Assembly: GCA_963697065.1 (NCBI GenBank) | Contig: CAVOMQ010000001.1 | Location: 1,410,518-1,474,517, forward strand | Origin: an uncultured Gemmatimonadales bacterium | GTDB taxonomy: Bacteria; Gemmatimonadota; Gemmatimonadetes; Gemmatimonadales; GWC2-71-9 | Length of the DNA: 64,000 nucleotides | Reading direction: 5' to 3' | Part shown: positions 49,140-57,304 of the stretch, piece by piece | Layout of the letters: each line of letters opens with the position of its first letter | How positions within the stretch are numbered: position 1 is the stretch's first letter | Program-made: the position numbers and the translations under genes | Notes under the pieces: generated by a model | Database searches by the model: none | Seen by the model: the letters and a program-made list of their open reading frames with translations, nothing else | What the model was told of the DNA's origin: nothing

Positions 49140-50465
49140 TCAGGAACCGGCGGCCACGTCCGGAAACCAGCAGCGGATCGTGGTGCCCTGCCGGGGTTCG
49201 CTCTCGGCGCTCACCCGCCCGCCGTGGGCCTCGACCATGTGGCGCACGATCGACAGCCCCAGCCCGGTTCCCCCTTCCGCGCGGGACCGCGCCGGATCGA
49301 CGCGGTAGAAGCGCTCGAAGATCCGCGGCAGGTGCCCGGCCGGAATGCCCGATCCGTCGTCGGCGACGCTTACGGTCACACCACCGTCGGTCCGCGCCGA
49401 ATGGACCACGACGTGGCCGCCGACCGGCACGTGGCGCAACGAGTTGTCGAACAGATTGCCGAAGATGTGGCGGATCGATTCCGGATCGGCCACGACGCTC
49501 GCCGCATCGGGCGCGATCTGCCGGTCGAGCGTCACCTGCCGTTCCGCTGCCCGGTCGGCCAGCGCGGCCCACGATTCGGCGGCGATCGCCGCGAGGTCCA
49601 CCGGTTCGGTCTTGGGCACCCAACGTCCCGATTCGACCCGCGACAGGTCGAGCAGGTCGTCGACCATGTGCTGCATGCGGTGGGCGTTGGCGAGAATGGT
49701 GGCCAGGAAGCGCGCCCGGGTGGCGTCGTCGATGGTGGGGTCGGCCAGCGTCTCGGCGTAGCCCGAAATCGACGTCAGCGGTGTCTTCAGTTCGTGCGAG
49801 ACGTTCGCCACGAAGTCGCGCCGCACCTGTTCCAGCCGCCGCATCGCCGTGAGGTCGTGAAGCACCACCACCGCACCGCTCCCGGGCAGCGGCCGCGCGT
49901 TGAGGGAGAGCACCTGGGTGTCGAGCTCCACTTCGCGGTCGCGCACCGGGTGACCCTCCAACACCTGGGCCACCGCCTCGCGCGCCGCCTTGCTGCGGAA
50001 CAGCACCGGAAGGTCGGGAAGCGGCCCGGTGTCGGGGTACCCCAACAAGCGGCGCGCGGCGGGGTTGGCGGTGACGATCCGCCCCTTGGCATCGGCCGCG
50101 ATGACACCTTCGACCATCGCGTCGACGATCGCGGTGCTTTCCGCCTTTTCGCGCTGCAGATCGCCGAAGCCGTCGGCGAGGTCGCGGTGCATCCGCCGCA
50201 GCGCCTGCACCAGCGTGTCGACTTCCGGGATTCCCGAGTGGGGAAAGCGCGGCGAAGCGCCAGCGGCGATGGCCCGGGCGGCCTGCGCCAGCGAAATGAG
50301 CGGGGCGGTGATCGCCACCCCTGCCGCCCACGCCAGCCCGATCGAGACGGCGAGCGCCAGCACCACGGCGCCGGCGGGGCTGTAGGGCCAGACCCACAGC
50401 AACACCAGCAACGTGATCGCGACAACGGTAAAGGTGCCGAGGACGAGCCTGGCGACGAATCTCAC
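49140..50465 (-). CDS. phoR: Phosphate-sensing histidine kinase PhoR
   Basis: 441 aa. It has two TM segments, HAMP and PAS domains, the H-box 'SHELKTPLTSISGY', and 'GGTGLGLSIVRH'. Confidence 0.85.
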   Translation of the reverse strand: MRFVARLVLGTFTVVAITLLVLLWVWPYSPAGAVVLALAVSIGLAWAAGVAITAPLISLAQAARAIAAGASPRFPHSGIPEVDTLVQALRRMHRDLADGFGDLQREKAESTAIVDAMVEGVIAADAKGRIVTANPAARRLLGYPDTGPLPDLPVLFRSKAAREAVAQVLEGHPVRDREVELDTQVLSLNARPLPGSGAVVVLHDLTAMRRLEQVRRDFVANVSHELKTPLTSISGYAETLADPTIDDATRARFLATILANAHRMQHMVDDLLDLSRVESGRWVPKTEPVDLAAIAAESWAALADRAAERQVTLDRQIAPDAASVVADPESIRHIFGNLFDNSLRHVPVGGHVVVHSARTDGGVTVSVADDGSGIPAGHLPRIFERFYRVDPARSRAEGGTGLGLSIVRHMVEAHGGRVSAESEPRQGTTIRCWFPDVAAGS

Positions 50466-51169
50466 GCCGGCCGGGAACTCCGGTCCATGGCGGCGAAACG
50501 GTAGCCGAAGCCGCGCACCGTTTCGATCATCGTGCCCAACACTCCCAGCTTGCTGCGCAGTCGCTGAACGTGCATGTCCACCGTTCGGGTCTGAATGTCC
50601 GGTTGCGCTTCCCAGACCGTCTCGAGGAGGTGCGGACGGGACTGTACCCGTCCGCGGCGCTCCACCAGGGTCACGAGGAGCTTGTACTCGGTGGCCGTCA
50701 GGTTCAACTCCTCGCCGTTCAACATGACCCGGTGGGCCGCCCGGTCGATGGCCAGCGGACCCACCACCAGGGTGGACCCGGCCGCGACGGCCGGTGCAGC
50801 CAGGCGCCGCAGAATGGCCTGCACCCGGAGCACCAGCTCGGCCGGCGAAAACGGCTTGGTGAGGTAATCGTCGGCCCCCAGGGTGAGCCCGCGGATCCGG
50901 TCCGGTTCGTCGCGCCGCGCCGTGAGCAGGATGACGCCGACGTCCCGGGTCTCCTCGCGCTTGCGCAGTTCGGCCAGCACGTCGTAGCCGCCCACTCCGG
51001 GGAGCATCAGGTCGAGCACCACCACGTCAGGCCGCTCCTCGCGAGCCGCCTTGAGCGCTTCCGGGCCGCTGCTCGCCGTGGACACGCGGTATCCCGCCTT
51101 CGCCAGGTGATAGGCGACCAGCGCGGTGATGTCAGCTTCGTCGTCCACGACCAGAACGCGATGGGTCAC
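50462..51169 (-). CDS. phoB: OmpR/PhoB-family response regulator
   Basis: 235 aa from a putative GTG at 51169. Motifs: 'RVLVVDDEADI', 'DVVVLDLMLPG', and the winged helix 'RTVDMHVQRLRSKL...IETVRGFGYRF'. A 4-nt overlap links it to phoR. Confidence 0.85.
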   Translation of the reverse strand: MTHRVLVVDDEADITALVAYHLAKAGYRVSTASSGPEALKAAREERPDVVVLDLMLPGVGGYDVLAELRKREETRDVGVILLTARRDEPDRIRGLTLGADDYLTKPFSPAELVLRVQAILRRLAAPAVAAGSTLVVGPLAIDRAAHRVMLNGEELNLTATEYKLLVTLVERRGRVQSRPHLLETVWEAQPDIQTRTVDMHVQRLRSKLGVLGTMIETVRGFGYRFAAMDRSSRPA

Positions 51170-51275
51170 ACCCGGCTCCGGAACCTGAGTAGGGGCGAAT
51201 CGAACTAGGCCCCCGCGTCCGTCGCAAGCGGCACGGCGTTGCTGGAATGATACTTGTGACGGGATATTTACTCGC

Positions 51276-51515
51276 GTGACAGACACTTTCCCCGTTTTCC
51301 TGAACGAGCAGCTGGTCCGGATGCCGGCCGGCGCCACCGTTTCCGACCTGGTTGCCCGGCACGCCCCGGAGCTGGCCGGCGACGTCGCCGCCGGCCGGGC
51401 GCTGGTGACCGACGCCCGCGGCCTGGGCGTGGCGGTTTCAACCCCGCTCGCCGCCGGCGCCGTGCTGCGCGTCTTCCGATCGGCCCGGACCGCTCCGGAC
51501 CCGGCCGATGGCTGA
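51276..51515 (+). CDS. Small (79-aa) hypothetical protein, possibly a ThiS/MoaD-like beta-grasp fold without a C-terminal GG
   Basis: GTG start. Third-position GC is strong throughout. Sequence 'FPVFLNEQLVRMPAGATVSDLV...TPLAAGAVLRVF'. The 3' end overlaps the add ATG by 8 nt. Confidence 0.5.
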   Translation: MTDTFPVFLNEQLVRMPAGATVSDLVARHAPELAGDVAAGRALVTDARGLGVAVSTPLAAGAVLRVFRSARTAPDPADG

Positions 51516-52527
51516 ACGCTTCCGCCGGCTTCCCAAGGCGGAACTCCACGTCCATCTCGACGGAGCGCTCCGTCCGGCCACCATGCTGGATCTGGCGCCG
51601 GCCGCCGGTGTCACGCTGCCGGCCGACACCGTCGAGGGACTCCGCCGCTGGATGCTCGTGTCCGACGCCCGCAACCTCGATGATTATCTGGCGCGGTTCG
51701 AGCCTACCATCGCCCTGCTGCAGGAACCCGACGCCATCGAACGCGTGGCCTACGAAATGGTCGCCGACGCCGCGGCCGACGGCCTGCGCTATCTCGAAGT
51801 GCGCTACTGCCCGCACCTCAGTACCCGGCGCGGCCTCTCGATGGACGATGCCGTCGCCGCCGAATGGCGCGGACTGGAACGGGGCCGGCTGGAGTTCGGC
51901 GTCATCTCGCGGATCATCAACTGTTCGCTCCGACACTACGAACCGGAACGCTCGGTCGCGATCGCCGAACACTCGGTACGGATGCAGGATCACGGCGTGG
52001 TGGCGTTCGACCTCGCGGGATCAGAAGCGACCCACCCCCCCGAGGTGCACCGCGAAGCGTTCGACATCGCCGCGCGTGGCGGACTCGGCATCACGGTGCA
52101 TGCCGGCGAGGCGGCGGGGTGGGAATCGATCTTCGAGGCGATCCACAGCTGCCACGCCAACCGCATCGGCCACGGCACCCGTCTGGGTGAAAATCCCGAG
52201 CTGCTGCGCTACGTTCGAGACCGGCGCATCTGCCTCGAGATCAACATCACCAGCAATGTCCAGACCCGGGCCGTGGCCCGTGCCGCCGACCATCCGGTTC
52301 GCCGCTATTACGACGCCGGCGTGGCACTGACTCTCTGCACCGATTCCTGGCTGATGAGCGGCGTGCGGCTCAGCGACGAGTACGCCATTGCCGAGCAGGC
52401 GCTCGGTTTTTCTACCGGCGAGCTGTACGACATGGCGCTGATGGCCTTCGAGTTCGCGTTTCTTCCCTGGCCGGAACGGGTCGGACTGATGACCCGGGCC
52501 CGCGAGGAGATGGCGGCCCTTCCCTGA
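51508..52527 (+). CDS. add: Adenosine deaminase
   Basis: 339 aa. Motifs: 'LPKAELHVHLDGA', 'ITVHAGE', 'ANRIGHG', 'LCTDS'. Confidence 0.9.
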   Translation: MAERFRRLPKAELHVHLDGALRPATMLDLAPAAGVTLPADTVEGLRRWMLVSDARNLDDYLARFEPTIALLQEPDAIERVAYEMVADAAADGLRYLEVRYCPHLSTRRGLSMDDAVAAEWRGLERGRLEFGVISRIINCSLRHYEPERSVAIAEHSVRMQDHGVVAFDLAGSEATHPPEVHREAFDIAARGGLGITVHAGEAAGWESIFEAIHSCHANRIGHGTRLGENPELLRYVRDRRICLEINITSNVQTRAVARAADHPVRRYYDAGVALTLCTDSWLMSGVRLSDEYAIAEQALGFSTGELYDMALMAFEFAFLPWPERVGLMTRAREEMAALP

Positions 52528-52558
52528 ACCGCGGCCCGTCCGCGGCGGAGCATGCGAC

Positions 52559-54007
52559 ATGAAATTCGGTTTCGGGCGGCGGTTCCTGTTCGGCTTCGTG
52601 GGGATGTTCGTGGCGGTCGCCGCCACCTGGTTCCTTCCCGGCGCCACCGGCCACGGCCTGCACGATCTGGTGGCGCAGGCCGCCCCGGTGCACGGCGCGC
52701 AGCAACCGTCCGCGACGCCGCCCGCCACGCCCGCCGTCCAGCAACCGGCCCCGCCACCGCCACCGCCGGTGGCCGCGCCGGTGTCGCTGCCGCAGCGCTT
52801 CACCGGTCTCATCGGCATCGCGCTCATCGTCCTGCTCGGCTACGCGCTGTCGCACCACCGCGAGGCGGTGAAATGGAAGATCGTGGCATGGGGACTCTCG
52901 CTGCAGCTGCTCTTCGCCATCTTCGTGCTGCGGATCCCCTTCGGGCAGCGCATGTTCAGCACGCTGGGTGCCGCCGTCACCGCGGCGCTGCACTATTCCT
53001 ATGCCGGTTCGGAATTCGTCTTCGGCGAGCTCGGGAAGGCCAATTCGTCGCTGGGGGTGATCTTCGCGTTCCAGGTGCTGCCGGCGATCATCTTCATCTC
53101 CGCGTTGTTCGCCATCCTCTACTATCTCGGCGTCATGCAGGTGGTGGTGCGCGGCTGTGCCGTGGTGATGAGCAAGCTGCTCGGAGCCAGCGGCGCCGAG
53201 AGTCTCAACGTGGGTGCGTCGATCTTCATGGGACAGACCGAAGCGCCACTGACCATCCGGCCGTTCCTTCCCACCATGACCTACTCGGAACTGATGACCG
53301 TCATGACGGCGGGCATGGCGCACGTGTCCGGGTCGATCATGGCGGCGTACATCGCCTTCGGGGTCGAGGCGCGGCACCTGCTGACCGCGGTGATCATGAC
53401 GGCGCCCGGGACGATCATGATGGCCAAGCTGCTCGAACCGGAGACCGAAGTCCCCGAGACGATGGGCAACGTGCACATCGAGATTCCCAAGACCGACGTC
53501 AACCTGGTCGATGCCGCCGCGCGCGGCACCGGGGACGGGCTGCACCTGATGCTGAACGTGATCGCGATGCTGATCTCGTTCATCGCGCTGATCGCGCTGA
53601 TCAACGGCGGCATGGGGTGGATCCACTCGTGGGCGCCGTTCTTCCCGCCGGACATGCAGACCGTGTTCTCGTGGGTGGGCCGCCCGGTGGCGTGGGTGCT
53701 GGGCGTGCCGTGGAAGGACAGCGGCGCAGTGGGCGGCCTGCTCGGTACCCGCGCGGTGCTCAACGAATTCATCGCCTTCTCGCAGCTCGGCCCGATGAAG
53801 GGGACGCTCGATCCGCGCTCGTTCACCATCGCGTCGTTCGCGCTGGCCGGCTTTGCCAACTTCTCGTCGGTGGGAATCCAGATCGGCGGCATCGGGGCGC
53901 TGGCCCCCAACCGCAAGAGCGATCTGGCCAGACTCGGCTTCCGCGCCATGCTCGCCGGCACGCTGGCCAATTTCCTCTCCGCGGCGATCGCCGGGATGCT
54001 GCTGTGA
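52559..54007 (+). CDS. nupC: NupC-family concentrative nucleoside transporter
   Basis: 482 aa, polytopic. Motifs: 'GSEFVFG', 'SIFMGQTEAPL', 'LNEFIAF', 'ALAGFANFSSVGIQIGG'. It has an unusual Pro/Ala-rich periplasmic N-terminal stretch. Confidence 0.85.
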   Translation: MKFGFGRRFLFGFVGMFVAVAATWFLPGATGHGLHDLVAQAAPVHGAQQPSATPPATPAVQQPAPPPPPPVAAPVSLPQRFTGLIGIALIVLLGYALSHHREAVKWKIVAWGLSLQLLFAIFVLRIPFGQRMFSTLGAAVTAALHYSYAGSEFVFGELGKANSSLGVIFAFQVLPAIIFISALFAILYYLGVMQVVVRGCAVVMSKLLGASGAESLNVGASIFMGQTEAPLTIRPFLPTMTYSELMTVMTAGMAHVSGSIMAAYIAFGVEARHLLTAVIMTAPGTIMMAKLLEPETEVPETMGNVHIEIPKTDVNLVDAAARGTGDGLHLMLNVIAMLISFIALIALINGGMGWIHSWAPFFPPDMQTVFSWVGRPVAWVLGVPWKDSGAVGGLLGTRAVLNEFIAFSQLGPMKGTLDPRSFTIASFALAGFANFSSVGIQIGGIGALAPNRKSDLARLGFRAMLAGTLANFLSAAIAGMLL

Positions 54008-54849
54008 CCACGGGGCAGGACGACGTGGTCGCCCGTGCCACCGACGCGGTGCGTCGCGCCATCGGGTCGCGCACACCGCGCGCCGGTATCGTGCTCGGTT
54101 CCGGCCTGGGCCGGCTCGCCGCGCGGGTCACCGATGCGGTGAAGATCGGCTACGGCGATATCCCCGGCTTTCACCTGCCGACGGTGCAGGGACACAAGGG
54201 CGAGCTGGTGGCCGGCATGCTCGGTGGCGTGCCGGTGATCACCCAGAGCGGGCGTTTCCACATGTACGAAGGCCATTCCGCCGCGACCGCCGCGCTGCCG
54301 GTGCGGGTCTTCGCGGCGCTCGGCGCGGGTACGCTGATCGTGACCAACGCCGCCGGCGGCATCCGCCGTTCGTTCCGTCCCGGCACCCTGATGCTGATCA
54401 GCGACCATCTCAACCTCACCGGCCGCAATCCGCTCGAAGGGCCGGTGCTCGAGGGCGAGACGCGCTTTCCGGACATGACCGAGGCGTATGACCGTGGCCT
54501 GCGCGAGCTGGCGCGCCGCACCGCGGTGACGCTCGACCTGGCCCTCGAGGAAGGCGTCTACGCGGCGCTGCTCGGCCCGACGTACGAGACACCGTCGGAA
54601 ATCCGGATGCTCGAACGGCTCGGCGCCGACGCGGTGGGAATGAGCACGGTGCCGGAAACGATCGTGGCGCGCGCGCGAGGCATGCGGGTGCTGGGGATTT
54701 CCACCATCACCAATCCGGCCGCCGGCATCAGCCCCACGCCGCTGCACCATGCCGAAGTGATGGAAGTCGCCGACCGCGTCGCCGGGCAATTGGCGGCGCT
54801 GGTCGAAGCGGTGGTGGCGGGTCTGGACTCGCCGCCGGGGACGCCGTGA
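54004..54849 (+). CDS. punA: Purine nucleoside phosphorylase (PunA type)
   Basis: GTG at 54004 overlaps the nupC stop (GTGA). Motifs: 'GIVLGSGLG', 'GHKGELVAG', 'GRFHMYEGH', 'VTNAAGG', 'GPTYETPSEIRM', 'GADAVGMSTVPE'. Confidence 0.85.
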   Translation: MTTGQDDVVARATDAVRRAIGSRTPRAGIVLGSGLGRLAARVTDAVKIGYGDIPGFHLPTVQGHKGELVAGMLGGVPVITQSGRFHMYEGHSAATAALPVRVFAALGAGTLIVTNAAGGIRRSFRPGTLMLISDHLNLTGRNPLEGPVLEGETRFPDMTEAYDRGLRELARRTAVTLDLALEEGVYAALLGPTYETPSEIRMLERLGADAVGMSTVPETIVARARGMRVLGISTITNPAAGISPTPLHHAEVMEVADRVAGQLAALVEAVVAGLDSPPGTP

Positions 54850-54867
54850 GCGGCGGCGCCTGCCCGG

Positions 54868-55674
54868 TCAGTGGTCGCGCGGTTCGACGCCGTGCCAGAG
54901 CGGGCCGTTGCCGCGCCCCAGCCCCGGGGCGGCGCGCATCGCCGCCTGCACGTAGCCGATGCCGGTGCGCACCGCCTCGTCGATGGTGCGGCGTTGCGCC
55001 AGGCCGGCCGTGATCGCGGCCGAGAGCGTGCAGCCGGTGCCATGCGTCGCGGCGGCGGCGACCCGCGTCCGCGTGAACCGTTCGGTCCCGTCCGGGGTCA
55101 CCAGCACGTCGACGAGGATGTCGCTGTCGAGATGCCCGCCCTTGACGAGCGCGGTGCGCGCGCCGCGTTCGAGCAGCACCGTGCCCGCTTCAGCCATCGC
55201 CTCGGGGTTCCGCACGACAAGACCGGTGAGGCGCTCGGCTTCGTCCAGATTCGGTGTGACGCACGCGGCGAGCGGCAGCAGGCGCTCGACGAGTGCCGCG
55301 ACACCGGCATCGGTCAACAGCGGCTCGCCGGTGCCCGACCGGATCACCGGGTCGAGCACCAGGTTCCGCCATCCCCACGCCCCGACGATTTCCGCCACGG
55401 TGTGCACCGCGTCGGCGGTGCCGAGCATGCCGATCTTGAACGCGTCGGGGGGGAGATCTTCGGCAAGGGCGTCGATCTGGGCGGCGATCACTTCGGTCGG
55501 GATCGGGTGCACCAGACGCACGCCGAGGGTGTTCTGCGCGGTGACGGCGGTGACCACCGAGGTGCCGAAGCAGCCGAAGGCGGCGAACGTCTTCAGGTCG
55601 GCCTGGATGCCGGCGCCCCCCCCCGAGTCCGAGCCGGCGATCGTGAGGGCGATCCGGCGCGCGCCATCGTTCAC
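54868..55674 (-). CDS. thiD: Hydroxymethylpyrimidine/phosphomethylpyrimidine kinase
   Basis: 268 aa from a putative GTG at 55674, with GGAGG 6 nt upstream. Motifs: 'ALTIAGSDSGGGAGIQADLKT', 'GTGCTLSAAI'. Confidence 0.85.
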   Translation of the reverse strand: MNDGARRIALTIAGSDSGGGAGIQADLKTFAAFGCFGTSVVTAVTAQNTLGVRLVHPIPTEVIAAQIDALAEDLPPDAFKIGMLGTADAVHTVAEIVGAWGWRNLVLDPVIRSGTGEPLLTDAGVAALVERLLPLAACVTPNLDEAERLTGLVVRNPEAMAEAGTVLLERGARTALVKGGHLDSDILVDVLVTPDGTERFTRTRVAAAATHGTGCTLSAAITAGLAQRRTIDEAVRTGIGYVQAAMRAAPGLGRGNGPLWHGVEPRDH

Positions 55675-55689
55675 CTCGCCTCCGATCCC

Positions 55690-56460
55690 ATGGCCTTGTT
55701 GAGCACCATCCGCGATCTGCACCGGCGCAAGGGCCGGGAACACCGCCAGCTGGCACTCGCTGAAGGGGTGCGGCTGGTGGAAGAAATGCTTCGCGCCGGC
55801 GTGAACTGCAAGGGCGGCGTGATTGCGCCGTCGCTTCGCGGCACGGCGCGCGGCGTGGCGCTCGAGGCAGCGCTCCGGGCCAGCGGCGCGCCGGTCGAGG
55901 AGGTGACCGATGCCGAACTGACGGCGGCGGCGGCGACGGAACACCCCCAGGGCGTGATCGCGGTCTACCGGCCGCGAGAATGGACGCTCGAGGCGATTCC
56001 GGTCGCACCGCGCCAGCCGGTGGTGCTGCTGGATGGGGTGCAGGATCCGGGGAACGTCGGCGCGATCGCCCGCACCGCGTTCGCGCTCGGCGCGACCGGG
56101 TTGATCGCGCTGCCGGGAACCGCCGACCTCACCAACCCCAAGACGGTGCGTGCCGCAATGGGAGCGCTGTTCCGGCTGCCGGCGCGGCACGCCGATGTCA
56201 CCGCGGTGCTCGCCTGGCTCGACGGCGCTGGCGTCACGCTCTGCGCGGCGACCGGCGATGCGCCAAATGGCGTTTTCAAGACGCCATTTGGCGCTTCGGA
56301 GATTCCCCTGGCCATCGCCTTCGGCAACGAGGGCGCCGGGCTCCACGCCGACCTGCTGGCCCGCGCCCGCCACCGGCTCACCATTCCGGTCCGGGCGGAC
56401 GCCGAGTCGCTCAACGTGGCGGCGGCGGCGGCGATCCTGCTGTTCGAGCTGACCCGATGA
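55690..56460 (+). CDS. SpoU/TrmH-family RNA 2'-O-methyltransferase
   Basis: 256 aa from ATG 55690. Motifs: 'LLDGVQDPGNVGAIARTA', 'AFGNEGAGL', 'ESLNVAAAAAILLFE'. Confidence 0.8.
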   Translation: MALLSTIRDLHRRKGREHRQLALAEGVRLVEEMLRAGVNCKGGVIAPSLRGTARGVALEAALRASGAPVEEVTDAELTAAAATEHPQGVIAVYRPREWTLEAIPVAPRQPVVLLDGVQDPGNVGAIARTAFALGATGLIALPGTADLTNPKTVRAAMGALFRLPARHADVTAVLAWLDGAGVTLCAATGDAPNGVFKTPFGASEIPLAIAFGNEGAGLHADLLARARHRLTIPVRADAESLNVAAAAAILLFELTR

Positions 56461-57248
56461 CGGAACCGGCGATGGCAGCCAACGCGCCCTGGCCCGTCGC
56501 GGTGCTCGCGGCCGTGCTTGGCCTGGTGCTTGGCTCGTTCCTCAACGTCTGCATCGTCCGCTGGCCAGCGCGCGAGTCGGTGGTCCGGCCGCGATCGCGT
56601 TGCCCGCAGTGCGGCAATCTCATCGCGTGGTATGACAACGTGCCGGTGGTGTCATGGCTGGTGCTGCGGGCGCGCTGCCGCCATTGCCAGCTGCCGATTC
56701 CGTGGCGATACCCGGCGGTGGAACTTGCCACCGGCATCATCTGGCTCGGGGCGGTGTGGCATTACGGCGTGGCGGTCGAGGCGCTGCGTGCGGCGGTCTT
56801 CGGCACCATCCTGCTCGGCATCGCGGTGAGCGACGCGCGGGAATACATCATCCCCGACGAGTTCTCGGTGGGTGGAACGGTCGTCGGCGTCGCGTTCGCG
56901 CTGTTCGGCGGCGCGTTGGCATGGCAGCAGGCGATCCTCGGCGCCGCGGTCGGATTCGCGCTGTTGTGGCTGGTGGCATGGGCCGGGTCGAAGCTGTTCG
57001 GCCAGGACGCCATGGGTGGTGGCGACATCAAGATGATGGCAATGATCGGCGCCTTCCTGGGGTGGCAGGGCGTGCTGTTGTCGCTCTTTCTGGGTGCCGC
57101 GCTCGGCACCGTGATCTTCCTGCCGTTCAAGCTGATGGGGCGCGACAAGCTGGTGCCGTTCGGGATCTTTCTCGCCCTCGGTGCGGCAGCCTGCTGGATC
57201 GCCGGTCCCGCCATTCTCGACTGGTACCGGGGCATGATCGTGGGGTGA
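56457..57248 (+). CDS. pilD: Prepilin peptidase (A24 family)
   Basis: ATG at 56457 overlaps the methyltransferase stop (ATGA). Motifs: 'CPQCGNLIAWYDNVPVVSW', 'CRHCQ', 'GGGDIKMMAMIGAFLG'. Confidence 0.85.
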   Translation: MTEPAMAANAPWPVAVLAAVLGLVLGSFLNVCIVRWPARESVVRPRSRCPQCGNLIAWYDNVPVVSWLVLRARCRHCQLPIPWRYPAVELATGIIWLGAVWHYGVAVEALRAAVFGTILLGIAVSDAREYIIPDEFSVGGTVVGVAFALFGGALAWQQAILGAAVGFALLWLVAWAGSKLFGQDAMGGGDIKMMAMIGAFLGWQGVLLSLFLGAALGTVIFLPFKLMGRDKLVPFGIFLALGAAACWIAGPAILDWYRGMIVG

Positions 57249-57304
57249 ACCGGCCCGCCCACTTGCGATCGCCCGACATTGGATTACGGTTTCGGTAATC
57301 CGGA

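Noticed and set aside
51256-51280. A third Pho-box-like site, GTGAC-n6-TTTAC-n4-GTGAC, in the phoB/add divergent region.
   Set aside because: The spacing is 11 bp then 9 bp, so the phasing is broken. The last unit contains the GTG start codon of the small ORF. The orientation does not suit phoB autoregulation. I kept it only as a weak note.
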